This document shows positions 40,176-50,190 of a stretch of DNA of 64,000 nucleotides, piece by piece (positions within the stretch are counted from its first letter, which is position 1; every line of letters starts with the position of its first letter). The stretch comes from an uncultured Planctomycetia bacterium. Lineage in GTDB: Bacteria; Omnitrophota; Gorgyraeia; 1-14-0-20-64-10. The stretch lies in NCBI GenBank assembly GCA_964597545.1, contig CAZQXN010000008.1:733-64732 (forward strand), read 5' to 3'. The position numbers were made by a program, and so were the translations under genes. The notes under the pieces were generated by a model. The model searched no databases. It saw only the letters and a program-made list of their open reading frames with translations, and had not been told where the DNA came from.

Positions 40176-43100
40176 ATGGCTAAAAACGGCGCCGATTTTG
40201 TCCACTTGCACGTCCACAGCGAGTATTCGCTTTTGGACGGGGCCTGCAGGATTGCGGAGCTGGTCAAGGCCGCCCGCCGCCATAAGATGCCGGCAGTGGC
40301 CCTCACCGATCACGGCAATATGTTTGGTGCGGTCCAGTTCTATGACGCCTGCGTCAAGGGCGGGGTCAAGCCGATCATCGGCACCGAAACCTACATTGCC
40401 CCGGGGTCTCGCCTGGATAAGGAATCCAAGGGCATCCAGGAGGCCTCCTTCCACCTGATCCTCCTGGCCAAGAATGAGGTGGGGTACCACAACCTCTTAA
40501 AGCTCAATTCCCTCGCCAACCTGGAGGGTTTCTACTACCGCCCCCGGATTGACAAGGAGATTCTTCGAAAATATTCGGAGGGACTCGTTTGCCTCTCCGG
40601 CTGCCTTCAGGGTGAGGTGAGCTACTGGTTTGCGCGGGGTGAGCAAGATAAGGCGGTGGCCGCGGCAGAGGCGATGGCCGACATCTTCCCGAAAGGGGAT
40701 TTCTACCTGGAGCTTCAAGATCACGGCATTCCCGAACAGCGCAAGATTATTCCCCCCATGCTGGCCCTGGCCAAGAAGATGAACCTGCCTGTGGTGGCCA
40801 GCAACGATCTGCATTACGTCGAACAAGCCGAAGCTCGAGCGCACGAGGCGCTTCTGTGCATCCAGACACAAACCACCTTAGACGACCCCAAGCGCTTTCG
40901 CTTTGAGGGGGATGAGTTTTACTTTAAGTCTCCTGATCAGATGAAGCAGCTTTTCTCCGAGGTGCCTGAGGCGGTTTTGGCGACGCGCGAGATCGCCGAC
41001 AAGTGCAACTTGGATCTTAAGTTCAACCAGATTCACCTGCCGCAGTTCCGTCCTCCGGATGGGAAAAGCCAGCAGGGCTATCTCAGGGAGCTGGTTGAAG
41101 CCGGTGTGGGTCGCCGTTACCCCAATGCTGCGCCCGCAGTCAAGGATCGGGTCGAGCGCGAGCTTTCCATCATCTCCAAGACCGGCTTTACCAGCTATTT
41201 CCTGGTGATCTGGGATGTGGTCCATCATGCCAAATCCCGCGGCATCTCCGTGGGACCCGGCCGAGGTTCGGCCGCTGGGTCGGTGGTCAGCTACTGCTTG
41301 GGGATTACAGACCTTGACCCCATCCAGCACAAATTGATCTTTGAGCGGTTCTTGAATCCCGAACGGATCTCCATGCCGGACATCGACATCGACTTCTGCT
41401 ATGAGCGGCGTCCCGAGGTGATCCAGTATGTTTCCGATAGATACGGCAAAGGCAATGTAGCGCACGTGATCACCTTCGGAACCATGCAGGCCAAGGCTGC
41501 GGTTCGGGATGTGGCCCGCGTCATGGGTTTCTCCTATCCTGAGGCCGATCGGATCGCGAAACTCATCCCATTTGAATTGGGCATGACCTTGAAGCGCGCC
41601 CTTGAAGTTTCCTCGGAGCTCAAGACCCTCTATGAGACCGACCCCCGCGTGACCCAGCTGATCGACACCTCCGGCGCCCTGGAGGGTTTGGTTCGGCATG
41701 CCTCCACGCATGCGGCTGGAGTGGTCATTGCCGACGGAGATTTGACCCACCACGTTCCCTTGATCAAGGGAACCGACGGGCAGATCACCACCGGCTACGA
41801 GATGGGGGGCGTGGAGAAGATTGGGCTCTTGAAGATGGATTTCTTAGGCTTAAGGACACTCACCGTCATCCATGAGAGCGAAAAGTTGGTTCAGGCCAGC
41901 AAGGATAAATCCTTCGACATTGAGACCATTCCGATGGATGACGCTGCAACCTACCAGATGCTCACCCGCGGGGATGCCACGGCGGTCTTCCAGCTGGAGT
42001 CCAGCGGCATGCGGGATCTGATGCGGCGCTTAAAGCCTGAGCGTTTTGACGACCTGGTGGCCCTGGTGGCCCTCTTTCGTCCCGGTCCTTTGGGTTCGGG
42101 CATGGTGGACGACTTCATTCGCAGGCGCCACGGTCAAATTCAGGTGCGCTATGATCATCCGACCCTGGAACCGGTCTTAAAGGATACCTACGGGGTTTGT
42201 GTCTATCAGGAGCAGGTCATGCAGATCGCCAACACCCTGGCCGGCTTTAGCATGGCACAGGCCGATGGACTGCGCCGGGCCATGGGCAAGAAAACCCCGG
42301 AGATTATGGAGAAGGCCAGGGAACAATTTATTACCGGCTGCATCAAAAACAGCGTCGAGCGCAGCCTGGCCCAGCAGATCTTCGACAAGATCGAATACTT
42401 TGCCGGGTATGCCTTCAACCGCTCCCATTCGGCTGCCTACGCTTTGATCGCTTACCGAACCGCATATCTCAAAGCCAACTTTCCGGTGGAGTTTATGACG
42501 GCTCTGCTCACCAGCGAACGGGACAACACCGATAAGATTGCCCAGTACGTTGAGGAAGCGCGCAGGATGGAGATTACGATCCTGCCGCCCGATGTCAATC
42601 GGAGCTTCTCCCGCTTTACTGTTGAAACCTGTCCTGGGTCGCCGGAAGCTGAAGGCCGCGGGGACGAAGCCATCCGTTATGGTTTAGCCGGCATCAAGAA
42701 TGTGGGGGAGAAGGCGATCGACTCGATCACCGAGGTCCGCCGCGACAAAGGAGAGTTTGTCAGCCTCGTTGATTTCTGTGAGCGGGTGGACAGCCGCCTG
42801 GTGAATCGCAAGGTGTTGGAATCCCTGATCAAGTGCGGCGCCTTCGATAGGCTTGAAGTCCATCGATCGCAATTGATGGCAATTCTCGACCAAGCCTTAG
42901 GGTTAGGCGGCAAGCGCGCCAAGGAAAAGAGCGGCGGCCAACTCTCCTTCTTTGATGTTTTCGGTAGCTCCGGCCAGTCCCCGGCTGAGAAGGTGGAACT
43001 GCCAAACTTGGAAGAGTGGCCCAAGGCGCAGTTGTTGGCCTTTGAGAAATCCCTGTTGGGTTTTTATCTGACTGGGCACCCCCTGGATGGCTACCGAGAT

Positions 43101-43661
43101 CTCCTGAAACTCTTCTCCACCGCAACCACCAACAGGTTGGATCGGCTTGACGATGGCGCGGATGTCACCTTAGGGGGAGTGGTCAGCCGCTTGAAGATGA
43201 CCACCACCAAACGGGGCAATGAGCAGATGGCGATTCTCTGGTTCGAAGATTTTGAGGGAACCGTCGAGGCGCTGGTTTTCCCTAAGTTGTTCCCCAGCGT
43301 TGAGATGCACCTTAAGCCAGACGCGATTGTCCTGCTCTCAGCCCGCATCTCCCTTCGCGAGGAGCGCCCCAAGCTCCTGGTGGAGGACCTGATCCCGCTC
43401 GAGGAGGCCTGGGGCCGTCGAGCCAAAGGGCTGCAGATTCGCCTGCGCCAGACTGTCGAACGCAACACCTTGCAGGAATTGAAGAAGGCGCTGACAACCC
43501 ATCCCGGTACGATGCCCGTGGAGCTTGCTGTTGCCAATGGCGGAAGCGGCTCAGTTCGGGTTGCGGTTGGCTCCACATTGAACGTCAAGCCCTCCTTAGA
43601 GTTACTGCAACACCTTGTTCAACTGGTGGGTTCCGACGCTATCGCTGTAAAGCGGCGCTAG
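40176..43661 (+). CDS. dnaE: DNA polymerase III alpha subunit
   Basis: HLHVHSEYSLLDG PHP domain, GPGRGSAAGS, MPDIDIDF, FAGYAFNRSHS, OB fold. Confidence 0.98.
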   Translation: MAKNGADFVHLHVHSEYSLLDGACRIAELVKAARRHKMPAVALTDHGNMFGAVQFYDACVKGGVKPIIGTETYIAPGSRLDKESKGIQEASFHLILLAKNEVGYHNLLKLNSLANLEGFYYRPRIDKEILRKYSEGLVCLSGCLQGEVSYWFARGEQDKAVAAAEAMADIFPKGDFYLELQDHGIPEQRKIIPPMLALAKKMNLPVVASNDLHYVEQAEARAHEALLCIQTQTTLDDPKRFRFEGDEFYFKSPDQMKQLFSEVPEAVLATREIADKCNLDLKFNQIHLPQFRPPDGKSQQGYLRELVEAGVGRRYPNAAPAVKDRVERELSIISKTGFTSYFLVIWDVVHHAKSRGISVGPGRGSAAGSVVSYCLGITDLDPIQHKLIFERFLNPERISMPDIDIDFCYERRPEVIQYVSDRYGKGNVAHVITFGTMQAKAAVRDVARVMGFSYPEADRIAKLIPFELGMTLKRALEVSSELKTLYETDPRVTQLIDTSGALEGLVRHASTHAAGVVIADGDLTHHVPLIKGTDGQITTGYEMGGVEKIGLLKMDFLGLRTLTVIHESEKLVQASKDKSFDIETIPMDDAATYQMLTRGDATAVFQLESSGMRDLMRRLKPERFDDLVALVALFRPGPLGSGMVDDFIRRRHGQIQVRYDHPTLEPVLKDTYGVCVYQEQVMQIANTLAGFSMAQADGLRRAMGKKTPEIMEKAREQFITGCIKNSVERSLAQQIFDKIEYFAGYAFNRSHSAAYALIAYRTAYLKANFPVEFMTALLTSERDNTDKIAQYVEEARRMEITILPPDVNRSFSRFTVETCPGSPEAEGRGDEAIRYGLAGIKNVGEKAIDSITEVRRDKGEFVSLVDFCERVDSRLVNRKVLESLIKCGAFDRLEVHRSQLMAILDQALGLGGKRAKEKSGGQLSFFDVFGSSGQSPAEKVELPNLEEWPKAQLLAFEKSLLGFYLTGHPLDGYRDLLKLFSTATTNRLDRLDDGADVTLGGVVSRLKMTTTKRGNEQMAILWFEDFEGTVEALVFPKLFPSVEMHLKPDAIVLLSARISLREERPKLLVEDLIPLEEAWGRRAKGLQIRLRQTVERNTLQELKKALTTHPGTMPVELAVANGGSGSVRVAVGSTLNVKPSLELLQHLVQLVGSDAIAVKRR

Positions 43662-43670
43662 GGGACCGCT

Positions 43671-43728
43671 AGGGGACGGTCCATTCTGGGACACACCAGC
43701 TAGACTGTCCCTAAATGGACCGTCCCCT
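43671..43728. repeat. GGGGACGGTCC-type palindrome / possible terminator after dnaE
   Basis: AGGGGACGGTCCATT and AATGGACCGTCCCCT are perfect 15-bp inverted arms, with inner GGGACA/TGTCCC. Confidence 0.75.
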
Positions 43729-43883
43729 TCTCTGCTTGACTTTCCAGTATCCTTGTTCGACAATGAATTGTTGTATCATTCTGGCTTTCCAGGTGTTACG
43801 ACAATTTTCAGCGCGGTGCCGGCCACCCCGATAGGTTAGCGCCGGAATCAACAAGAGCTTATTGGCAGGAGGTAAACAAGCAG

Positions 43884-44156
43884 ATGACGAAGAAAGATAT
43901 CGTCCTGAAGGTGGCGTCAGAGAGCGGTTTAAAGCAATTGGACGTCAAACGCGTTGTTCAGAAAACCTTGGATGCCATCGTGGAAGCCCTTGCGCGGGGA
44001 GAGACAGTGGAATTGCGCAATTTTGGGATCTTCAAGGTCAAATCCCGCAAGGGGCGAACCGGGCGTAACCCCCGGACCGGCCAGAAGGTTCCTGTTCCCC
44101 CGAAGCGGGTTGTGGCCTTCAAGCCTGGCTTGGTGATGAAGCGGGATATCCGCTGA
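43884..44156 (+). CDS. HU/IHF family DNA-binding protein
   Basis: MTKKDI, VELRNFGIF, GRNPRTG, FKPG; AGGAGG RBS. Confidence 0.95.
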   Translation: MTKKDIVLKVASESGLKQLDVKRVVQKTLDAIVEALARGETVELRNFGIFKVKSRKGRTGRNPRTGQKVPVPPKRVVAFKPGLVMKRDIR

Positions 44157-44231
44157 TTCCCAAATCCAAACAAGTTCGGAACACCCTTTCCATAACATTC
44201 CTTTCAATAGATAGTTGCGATCGCTAATCGA

Positions 44232-45512
44232 ATGAGCCCACTTAAAGCGCTGGGCGGCACAAGCGATATCCTCCCAGAGGAAGCAGAGCGCTGGCAGCAA
44301 CTGGAAGAAACTGCCCGGTCTCTCTTTTGCCTGTATGGGTTCCGGGAGGTCCGCACCCCCATCCTGGAGGAGGCGGAGCTGTTCCACCGCTCTCTCGGCG
44401 CCCACGCCGAAGTCGTCAACAAACAAATGTACGCATTTACCGATCGGGGCAACCGCCGCATTGCCCTGCGCCCGGAGGGAACCGCTCCGGTGGTTCGGGC
44501 ATTGATCGAGAAGGGGTTAGACAAGACCGGGGGACTGACCCGTTGGTATTACTTGGGCCCCATGTTCCGGGCTGAGCGCCCTCAGGCAGGGCGCCGCCGG
44601 CAATTCCACCAAATCGGCGTGGAGGTCTTTGGTTCTTCGGCCCCCTACCAGGATGCGGAAGTTATCCTCCTGCTGCGGGATCTGCTGATTCGGGTGGGGT
44701 TGACCGGTTTCCAGATTAAGCTCAACTCCTTAGGCTGCAGGGCGGACCGGGCAGCCATGGTCAAACAGATTGTTGCCACCTTTACGCCGATGAAGAGCAC
44801 GCTGTGCGGCGATTGTCAGAGTCGCCTTAACAATAACCCCCTGCGGATCTTAGACTGCAAAGATGCTGCCTGCGCTTCCCAGAAACAGAGAGTGGATGTC
44901 AGCCAATCGGTCTGCGGCGACTGCCGCGAGCACTTCACTGCTGTACTGGAGGGGTTGTCTGCCGCAGGGCTTGAAGAAAAGAAGGATTACCTGCTGGACC
45001 GATCGCTGGTTCGGGGGCTCGACTATTACACGAAAACTGCTTTCGAAGTGGTTCACCCAGATCTCGGCGCCCAGAACGCGTTGGGCGGGGGAGGGCGCTA
45101 CGATGATTTGGTCGGCGGCCTGGGTGGAAGCAAGGCCACTGCATCCATCGGCTGGGCCATTGGGGTGGAGCGGATTCTCATGGTCTTGCAGGCTCAGTCC
45201 AAGACCGCTGTGCCGCAGACGGGTCCGCAGGTGTATGTGGCGGCAATCGGCAAGGAATCCCTGCCAGAGGGATTTCGTCTCTTGAATACGCTACGCGCTG
45301 CCGGCATCCGAGGGATTGCTGATTATGAGTCCCGCCCTCTCAAGCGCCAGCTGGAGCAGGCCAATAAACTGGGCTGCCGCCTGGTCATCATGCTGGGGGA
45401 TACCGAGCGGGCCGAGCAGGCTGTGACCCTCAAGAATCTTACCAGCGGCCAACAGGAGAAGGTAAAGCGCTCGGTCTTATTGGAGCGGATTAAGCAGGAT
45501 CTTCAGTCATGA
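44232..45512 (+). CDS. hisS: Histidine--tRNA ligase
   Basis: LRPEGTAP, FRAERPQAGR.RQFHQ, LVRGLDYY, GGGRYD. Confidence 0.97.
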   Translation: MSPLKALGGTSDILPEEAERWQQLEETARSLFCLYGFREVRTPILEEAELFHRSLGAHAEVVNKQMYAFTDRGNRRIALRPEGTAPVVRALIEKGLDKTGGLTRWYYLGPMFRAERPQAGRRRQFHQIGVEVFGSSAPYQDAEVILLLRDLLIRVGLTGFQIKLNSLGCRADRAAMVKQIVATFTPMKSTLCGDCQSRLNNNPLRILDCKDAACASQKQRVDVSQSVCGDCREHFTAVLEGLSAAGLEEKKDYLLDRSLVRGLDYYTKTAFEVVHPDLGAQNALGGGGRYDDLVGGLGGSKATASIGWAIGVERILMVLQAQSKTAVPQTGPQVYVAAIGKESLPEGFRLLNTLRAAGIRGIADYESRPLKRQLEQANKLGCRLVIMLGDTERAEQAVTLKNLTSGQQEKVKRSVLLERIKQDLQS

Positions 45513-45626
45513 CCCCACCACCTGACTTAGCCCCCATGGGGCTGTCGAATGAGAGATTCGACCCGTCTTGGGCGGGTCAGTTGCAAGGGATGCATCTGCC
45601 CAAGACGGAAAGGCAGGTGGTGGGGT
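45512..45626 (+). other. Multibranched palindromic element spanning the hisS stop to the aspS start
   Basis: 13-bp closing stem ACCCCACCACCTG/CAGGTGGTGGGGT enclosing three hairpins. Confidence 0.75.
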
Positions 45627-47406
45627 GACACAGCGCACCCATACCTGCGGGGAGCTTAACCCCAAAGCAGAGAAGAAGACCGTCACCCTTTTGGGCTGGG
45701 TTCACCGGCGCAGAGACCATGGGGGACTTGTCTTCATTGACCTGAGAGATCGCTGGGGGTTAACCCAGGTGGTCTTCAGCCCCGAGGAGGACAAAGCCCT
45801 TCATCAGCAGGCCGAGGGCTTAAGACCCGAGTTCTGCGTGGCCGTCAAAGGCCAGGTGCGGCTGCGCCCCAAAGGAACAGAGAATCCGAAGCTCGCAACT
45901 GGCATGATTGAGGTGGTCTCCCAGTCGCTCGAGATTCTCAATGAGAGTGCCACGCCGCCCTTTGAGGTGGATGAGGAAAAGGAGCAGTCAGAGGAGCTGC
46001 GCTTTGGCTACCGCTATCTGGATTTGCGGCGGCCTTCGCAGACAAAACATCTGATCTGCCGGCATCAAGTGATTCGCGTGATCCGTGAGGTGCTCGACCG
46101 CGAAGCGTTCCTGGAGATCGAGACACCGGTTTTAACCAAGTCGACCCCGGAGGGCGCGCGCGATTACCTGGTTCCCAGCCGCTTGAATCCCGGCAAGTTC
46201 TATGCCCTTCCGCAGTCTCCTCAGCTGTACAAGCAGTTGTTAATGGTGGCCGGTGTGGACCGCTACTACCAGATTGCCCGCTGCTTCCGGGATGAAGACC
46301 TCAGAGCCGACCGCCAACCGGAGTTTACCCAGCTGGATTTGGAGATGTCCTTTGTGGATGAAGAAGGGATCTTCACCCTGATGGAGAAGCTCTTCAAAGC
46401 GATCTGGAAGCAGGTGTTGGGTCAGGATCTTAAAACACCCTTTCCGCGGCTGACCTATGCCGAATGCATGGAGCGCTTTGGCACCGATAAACCGGATTTG
46501 CGCTATGCCATGACGCTGACCGATTTGACCTCGCTTTTCTCAGGCACGAACTTCAAGCGGTTCCAGCAGGTGATCTCCGACGGCGGCGTTATTCGCGGAT
46601 TGGCCGCGCCGGGCGGGGCGGATTTAAGCGCCAAGGAGACAGAGGACTTGATTGCCTTGGCCCAAGCGCAGGGTGCCAAAGGGATGGTGCCGGTGTGCGT
46701 GACCGATCAGGGTCTTGTCTCACCGGTTGCCAAGCACCTGGAGGCCTCACTGCTTGATGAGACCGTCAAGACCCTCAAGGGCAAGAAGGGGGATCTTATC
46801 CTCTTAGTGGCAGACAGCCCCCGTACGGCCTCCGCAGCCCTCGGTGCGGTGCGATCTGTTTTGGCTGAGCGCCTGCGCTTGATTCCAGAGAAGCAGTTCT
46901 CTTTTACCTGGATTACCGGCTTTCCTCTGTTTCAGCGCAACACAACTGAGAACCGCTGGGATTCAGAGCACCATCCCTTTACCGCGCCCTTTGATGAGGA
47001 CCTCTCTTTCTTAGAGAGCGATCCAGGCCGCGTGCGGGCCCGATCCTATGATCTGGTACTCAACGGCATGGAGTTGGGCTCCGGCTCGATCCGAATCCAT
47101 CACAGAGAAACCCAAGAAGCGATCTTTCGCATCCTGGCGCTCGATCCCCAAGAGGTACAGGCGCGCTTTGGTTTTCTATTGGATGCCTTCCGGTACGGCG
47201 CCCCGCCGCACGGCGGGATCGCCCCGGGCATTGACCGCTTGATTGCGCTGATCACCGGGGCCGAATCCATTCGGGAGGTGATTGCCTTTCCCAAGACCCA
47301 AAAGGGTGTCGACTTGATGATGAAGGCTCCGGATCAAGTTTCAGAACGGCAGCTCAAAGAACTTGGCATCAACTTGAAATCGATTCAACCCCCGTCAGGA
47401 GCTTAA
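45625..47406 (+). CDS. aspS: Aspartate--tRNA ligase
   Basis: RTHTCGEL, RRDHGG..F.DLRD, TPEGARDY, FRDEDLRADRQPEFTQ, GAPPHGGIA; GTG start inferred. Confidence 0.97.
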   Translation: MTQRTHTCGELNPKAEKKTVTLLGWVHRRRDHGGLVFIDLRDRWGLTQVVFSPEEDKALHQQAEGLRPEFCVAVKGQVRLRPKGTENPKLATGMIEVVSQSLEILNESATPPFEVDEEKEQSEELRFGYRYLDLRRPSQTKHLICRHQVIRVIREVLDREAFLEIETPVLTKSTPEGARDYLVPSRLNPGKFYALPQSPQLYKQLLMVAGVDRYYQIARCFRDEDLRADRQPEFTQLDLEMSFVDEEGIFTLMEKLFKAIWKQVLGQDLKTPFPRLTYAECMERFGTDKPDLRYAMTLTDLTSLFSGTNFKRFQQVISDGGVIRGLAAPGGADLSAKETEDLIALAQAQGAKGMVPVCVTDQGLVSPVAKHLEASLLDETVKTLKGKKGDLILLVADSPRTASAALGAVRSVLAERLRLIPEKQFSFTWITGFPLFQRNTTENRWDSEHHPFTAPFDEDLSFLESDPGRVRARSYDLVLNGMELGSGSIRIHHRETQEAIFRILALDPQEVQARFGFLLDAFRYGAPPHGGIAPGIDRLIALITGAESIREVIAFPKTQKGVDLMMKAPDQVSERQLKELGINLKSIQPPSGA

Positions 47407-47516
47407 AGGATGATGAGATCCCTCGCCCGGAAAGCGGGCTCGGGATTCAATTCGCACAGCAACTTATGTCACGCGCAACTTGCTCCATAAGTTGCGTGCT
47501 CATTGAAGGAGGACTC

Positions 47517-48104
47517 ATGAAAAACCGTCTCTTACTCACTCTCGGTATTCCCCTGGCGTTTCTCAACACGGGATGCGCTCGCATTACGACTCAGGTGGTA
47601 GAGAAGCCCCGCGTCGATCAGGAACTGATGGGCAACCGGGGCACGTTAAGCGGTTCGGCTCCCGAGGTGGGACCCCGCAAGACAACCCGCAAGATGTTCC
47701 AGATCGATGTGGATCTTGCAACCGTTGACGAGATGAACCCTTGGCGTCCTGCCGAGGAAGAGGAGGCTGCCTCGGCAGTCCCGCAGAGGGACGAGGCTCC
47801 AGAAGAACTTAAGCATAAGGGGGCTGAAACCGACGAGGACATGACCATCTTAATGCCGGAGCCCGAGCCGATGCCCGAGCCCATGGTGGAGCCCGAGCCT
47901 GAACTGATCACCTACACGGTCAAGAAGGGCGACACCTTAGAAAAAATCGCAGAACACGTCTATGGGGATGCCCGGCAGTGGCGCCCGATCTACGAAGTCA
48001 ACCGGGACCAACTGTCCTCTCCGGATCGAGTCTATGAGGGGCAGGAGCTGCTCATCCCACCGGGCAAGGCGGCGTTTCCCGAAGAAGCTCCGGAGATCAA
48101 ATAA
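47517..48104 (+). CDS. LysM-domain lipoprotein
   Basis: AGGAGG RBS; lipobox NTGC; acidic PE-rich linker; YTVKKGDTL.KIA..YG..W..IY..N LysM. Confidence 0.88.
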   Translation: MKNRLLLTLGIPLAFLNTGCARITTQVVEKPRVDQELMGNRGTLSGSAPEVGPRKTTRKMFQIDVDLATVDEMNPWRPAEEEEAASAVPQRDEAPEELKHKGAETDEDMTILMPEPEPMPEPMVEPEPELITYTVKKGDTLEKIAEHVYGDARQWRPIYEVNRDQLSSPDRVYEGQELLIPPGKAAFPEEAPEIK

Positions 48105-48110
48105 CCCAGA

Positions 48111-49061
48111 ATGGAGCGCACCTTTCACTTAGCGTCAGACCACGAGGCCGCCACCCTTTACGGCCTGCACGATGAGCACCTCAAGCTCATCGAGGCGGAG
48201 TTTGGCGTCAAGACGGTAGCACGCGGTCAGGAAATGACACTCTCCGGCGATCAAAAGTCGGTTGAAAGCGCTTCTGCCCTGGTGCAGCAGCTCTTGAACA
48301 TCATTCGAGGGGGCAATTACCTCCGCCGGCATGAAGTGGTGTATGCCATCCGGGCGATGTCAGAGCAGAAGGACTTAGACTTAAAGCCCATCTACACCGA
48401 CAAGATCGAGGTCTTCTCCAAGCGGCAGTTTGTCACCCCCAAAACCGCCGGACAGAAGGATTACATCGATGCCATCCGAAGGCATGACATTGTCTTTGCG
48501 ACGGGTGTGGCGGGAACCGGCAAAAGCTATTTGGCCATGGCCATGGCGGTCAACGCCCTCAAGCGCCAGGAGGTTTCCCGGATTATCTTGACCCGACCGG
48601 CGGTGGAAGCCGGCGAGTCACTGGGATTTTTGCCGGGCACCTTTGAGGAGAAGGTGAATCCGTATCTGCGTCCCCTCTACGATGCCCTGTATGATTTGAT
48701 GGATGTCGACCGAATTCAGAAGAACCTTGAGAAGGGGATCCTGGAGGTTGCTCCCTTGGCGTACATGCGGGGCCGGACCTTGAACGACTCCTTTGTTGTT
48801 TTGGATGAAGCCCAGAACTGTACGCCCGAGCAGATGAAGATGTTCTTGACCCGGCTCGGCTTTGACTCCAAAACCGTGATTACCGGCGACATCACGCAGT
48901 CCGACCTGCCCCAGGGCAAGGTCTCCGGATTGGACCATGCTCGGGAGATCCTTAAAGGGATTTCGGGCATTTCCTTTGTGGAGTTGGCCGACAGCGATGT
49001 GGTGCGCCACGAGCTGGTCCAGAGGATTGTCCGGGCCTACGAGAAAAACGACACGGCTTGA
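48111..49061 (+). CDS. phoH: PhoH-like ATPase
   Basis: GVAGTGKS, LTRPAVEAGE.LGFLPG, AYMRGRTL, DEAQN, DVVRH. Confidence 0.95.
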   Translation: MERTFHLASDHEAATLYGLHDEHLKLIEAEFGVKTVARGQEMTLSGDQKSVESASALVQQLLNIIRGGNYLRRHEVVYAIRAMSEQKDLDLKPIYTDKIEVFSKRQFVTPKTAGQKDYIDAIRRHDIVFATGVAGTGKSYLAMAMAVNALKRQEVSRIILTRPAVEAGESLGFLPGTFEEKVNPYLRPLYDALYDLMDVDRIQKNLEKGILEVAPLAYMRGRTLNDSFVVLDEAQNCTPEQMKMFLTRLGFDSKTVITGDITQSDLPQGKVSGLDHAREILKGISGISFVELADSDVVRHELVQRIVRAYEKNDTA

Positions 49062-49525
49062 ATGAGACTTCAATGCCGGTAGAGCTGCTGAACGCCCAGC
49101 GGCGTGTGCGTTTGGATACACGGCGGTTGAAGCGTCAAGCCCGGTCTTTGCTGGAGGCAGCTGGCTTGGAGCGACAGTTCCTCTCGGTTTTGCTGACGGA
49201 CGATCGCCGCATGGCCCAGGCGCATGAGCGCTGGATGGGAGAGAAGGGTTCTACAGATGTCCTCTCCTTTGCCATGAATGAGGGATCCCGGCGCAAGAGA
49301 CAGCGTCAAGGTGTCGCGCAAAAAGGGCCACCCGAAGTGCTGGGGGATATTGTGATTTCCGTGGAGACAGCGGCACGGTGCCGTCCCAAAGATGTTGATG
49401 GAGAGGCATTTCGGTATCTCCTGCACGGGCTGCTGCATTTGATGGGCCATGATCACCGTTCTCGGGCTGAGAGGCTCCGCATGGATCGAGCGGGTCGACG
49501 CCTCACAAAGGGAGTAACGCCATGA
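49058..49525 (+). CDS. ybeY: rRNA maturation endoribonuclease YbeY
   Basis: TDVLSF, LGDIVIS, HGLLHLMGHDH. Confidence 0.93.
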   Translation: MNETSMPVELLNAQRRVRLDTRRLKRQARSLLEAAGLERQFLSVLLTDDRRMAQAHERWMGEKGSTDVLSFAMNEGSRRKRQRQGVAQKGPPEVLGDIVISVETAARCRPKDVDGEAFRYLLHGLLHLMGHDHRSRAERLRMDRAGRRLTKGVTP

Positions 49526-50190
49526 TTCGTGCTTTCTCGAAGAACTTTGCCGCAGGACTGCTCATCATCTTTCCGGCGATCCTGACAGTCGCAATCGTTC
49601 AAGCAGTTTTTCAATGGGTCTTCAGCTTTATCATTGATCCTCTGGCCAAGGTGCTGATTCCCGGCACCGCGCTTGAAACCCTTTTGGTGACCCGGCTGGG
49701 GGTTTTTGCGGGGTTTATCCTGGTGGTGTCATTGGTGGGATTTGCCACCCGGGCCCTGATCATTCGGCGCTTCCTCCATTTTGGAGAGGCACTCCTGCGC
49801 CGGGTGCCGATGGTCGGCAAGATCTACTGGACCATCCGGGAGATTGCCAATACCTTCAGGGGGGAGCGCAGGGGGGTATTCACCAACGTGGTACTGCTGG
49901 AGTGGCCCCGTCCTGGAATCTATGCCGTTGGTTTTGTCACCTCAAAGGGCCAAAAAGAGATTCAGGAGAAGACCGGCCAAGCCATCACCAATGTGTTTTT
50001 ACCCACCTCTCCCAACCCCACCTCGGGATATTTGATCATGGTTCCGGTGGATGCTTTGACCTTTCTGGAGATGTCTGTGGAGGATGGGATGCGCCTGGTG
50101 ATCTCCGGCGGGGTTTCTGGGCCGGAAGATCCCAAATTGGCTCACCCGCAGGGTGCTTCAGCGGATGCACCGCCCCAAGGAGGTCGCTAA
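49522..50190 (+). CDS. DUF502 family membrane protein
   Basis: FAAGLL...P, RVPMVGKIY, VFLPTSPNPTSGYL, MSVEDGMRLVISGG. Confidence 0.88.
   Translation: MIRAFSKNFAAGLLIIFPAILTVAIVQAVFQWVFSFIIDPLAKVLIPGTALETLLVTRLGVFAGFILVVSLVGFATRALIIRRFLHFGEALLRRVPMVGKIYWTIREIANTFRGERRGVFTNVVLLEWPRPGIYAVGFVTSKGQKEIQEKTGQAITNVFLPTSPNPTSGYLIMVPVDALTFLEMSVEDGMRLVISGGVSGPEDPKLAHPQGASADAPPQGGR

Noticed and set aside
42625-42670. Short insert in DnaE (TCPGSPEAEGRG) as another in-frame repeat
   Set aside because: No clear palindrome or second copy in the window; the loop is naturally variable.
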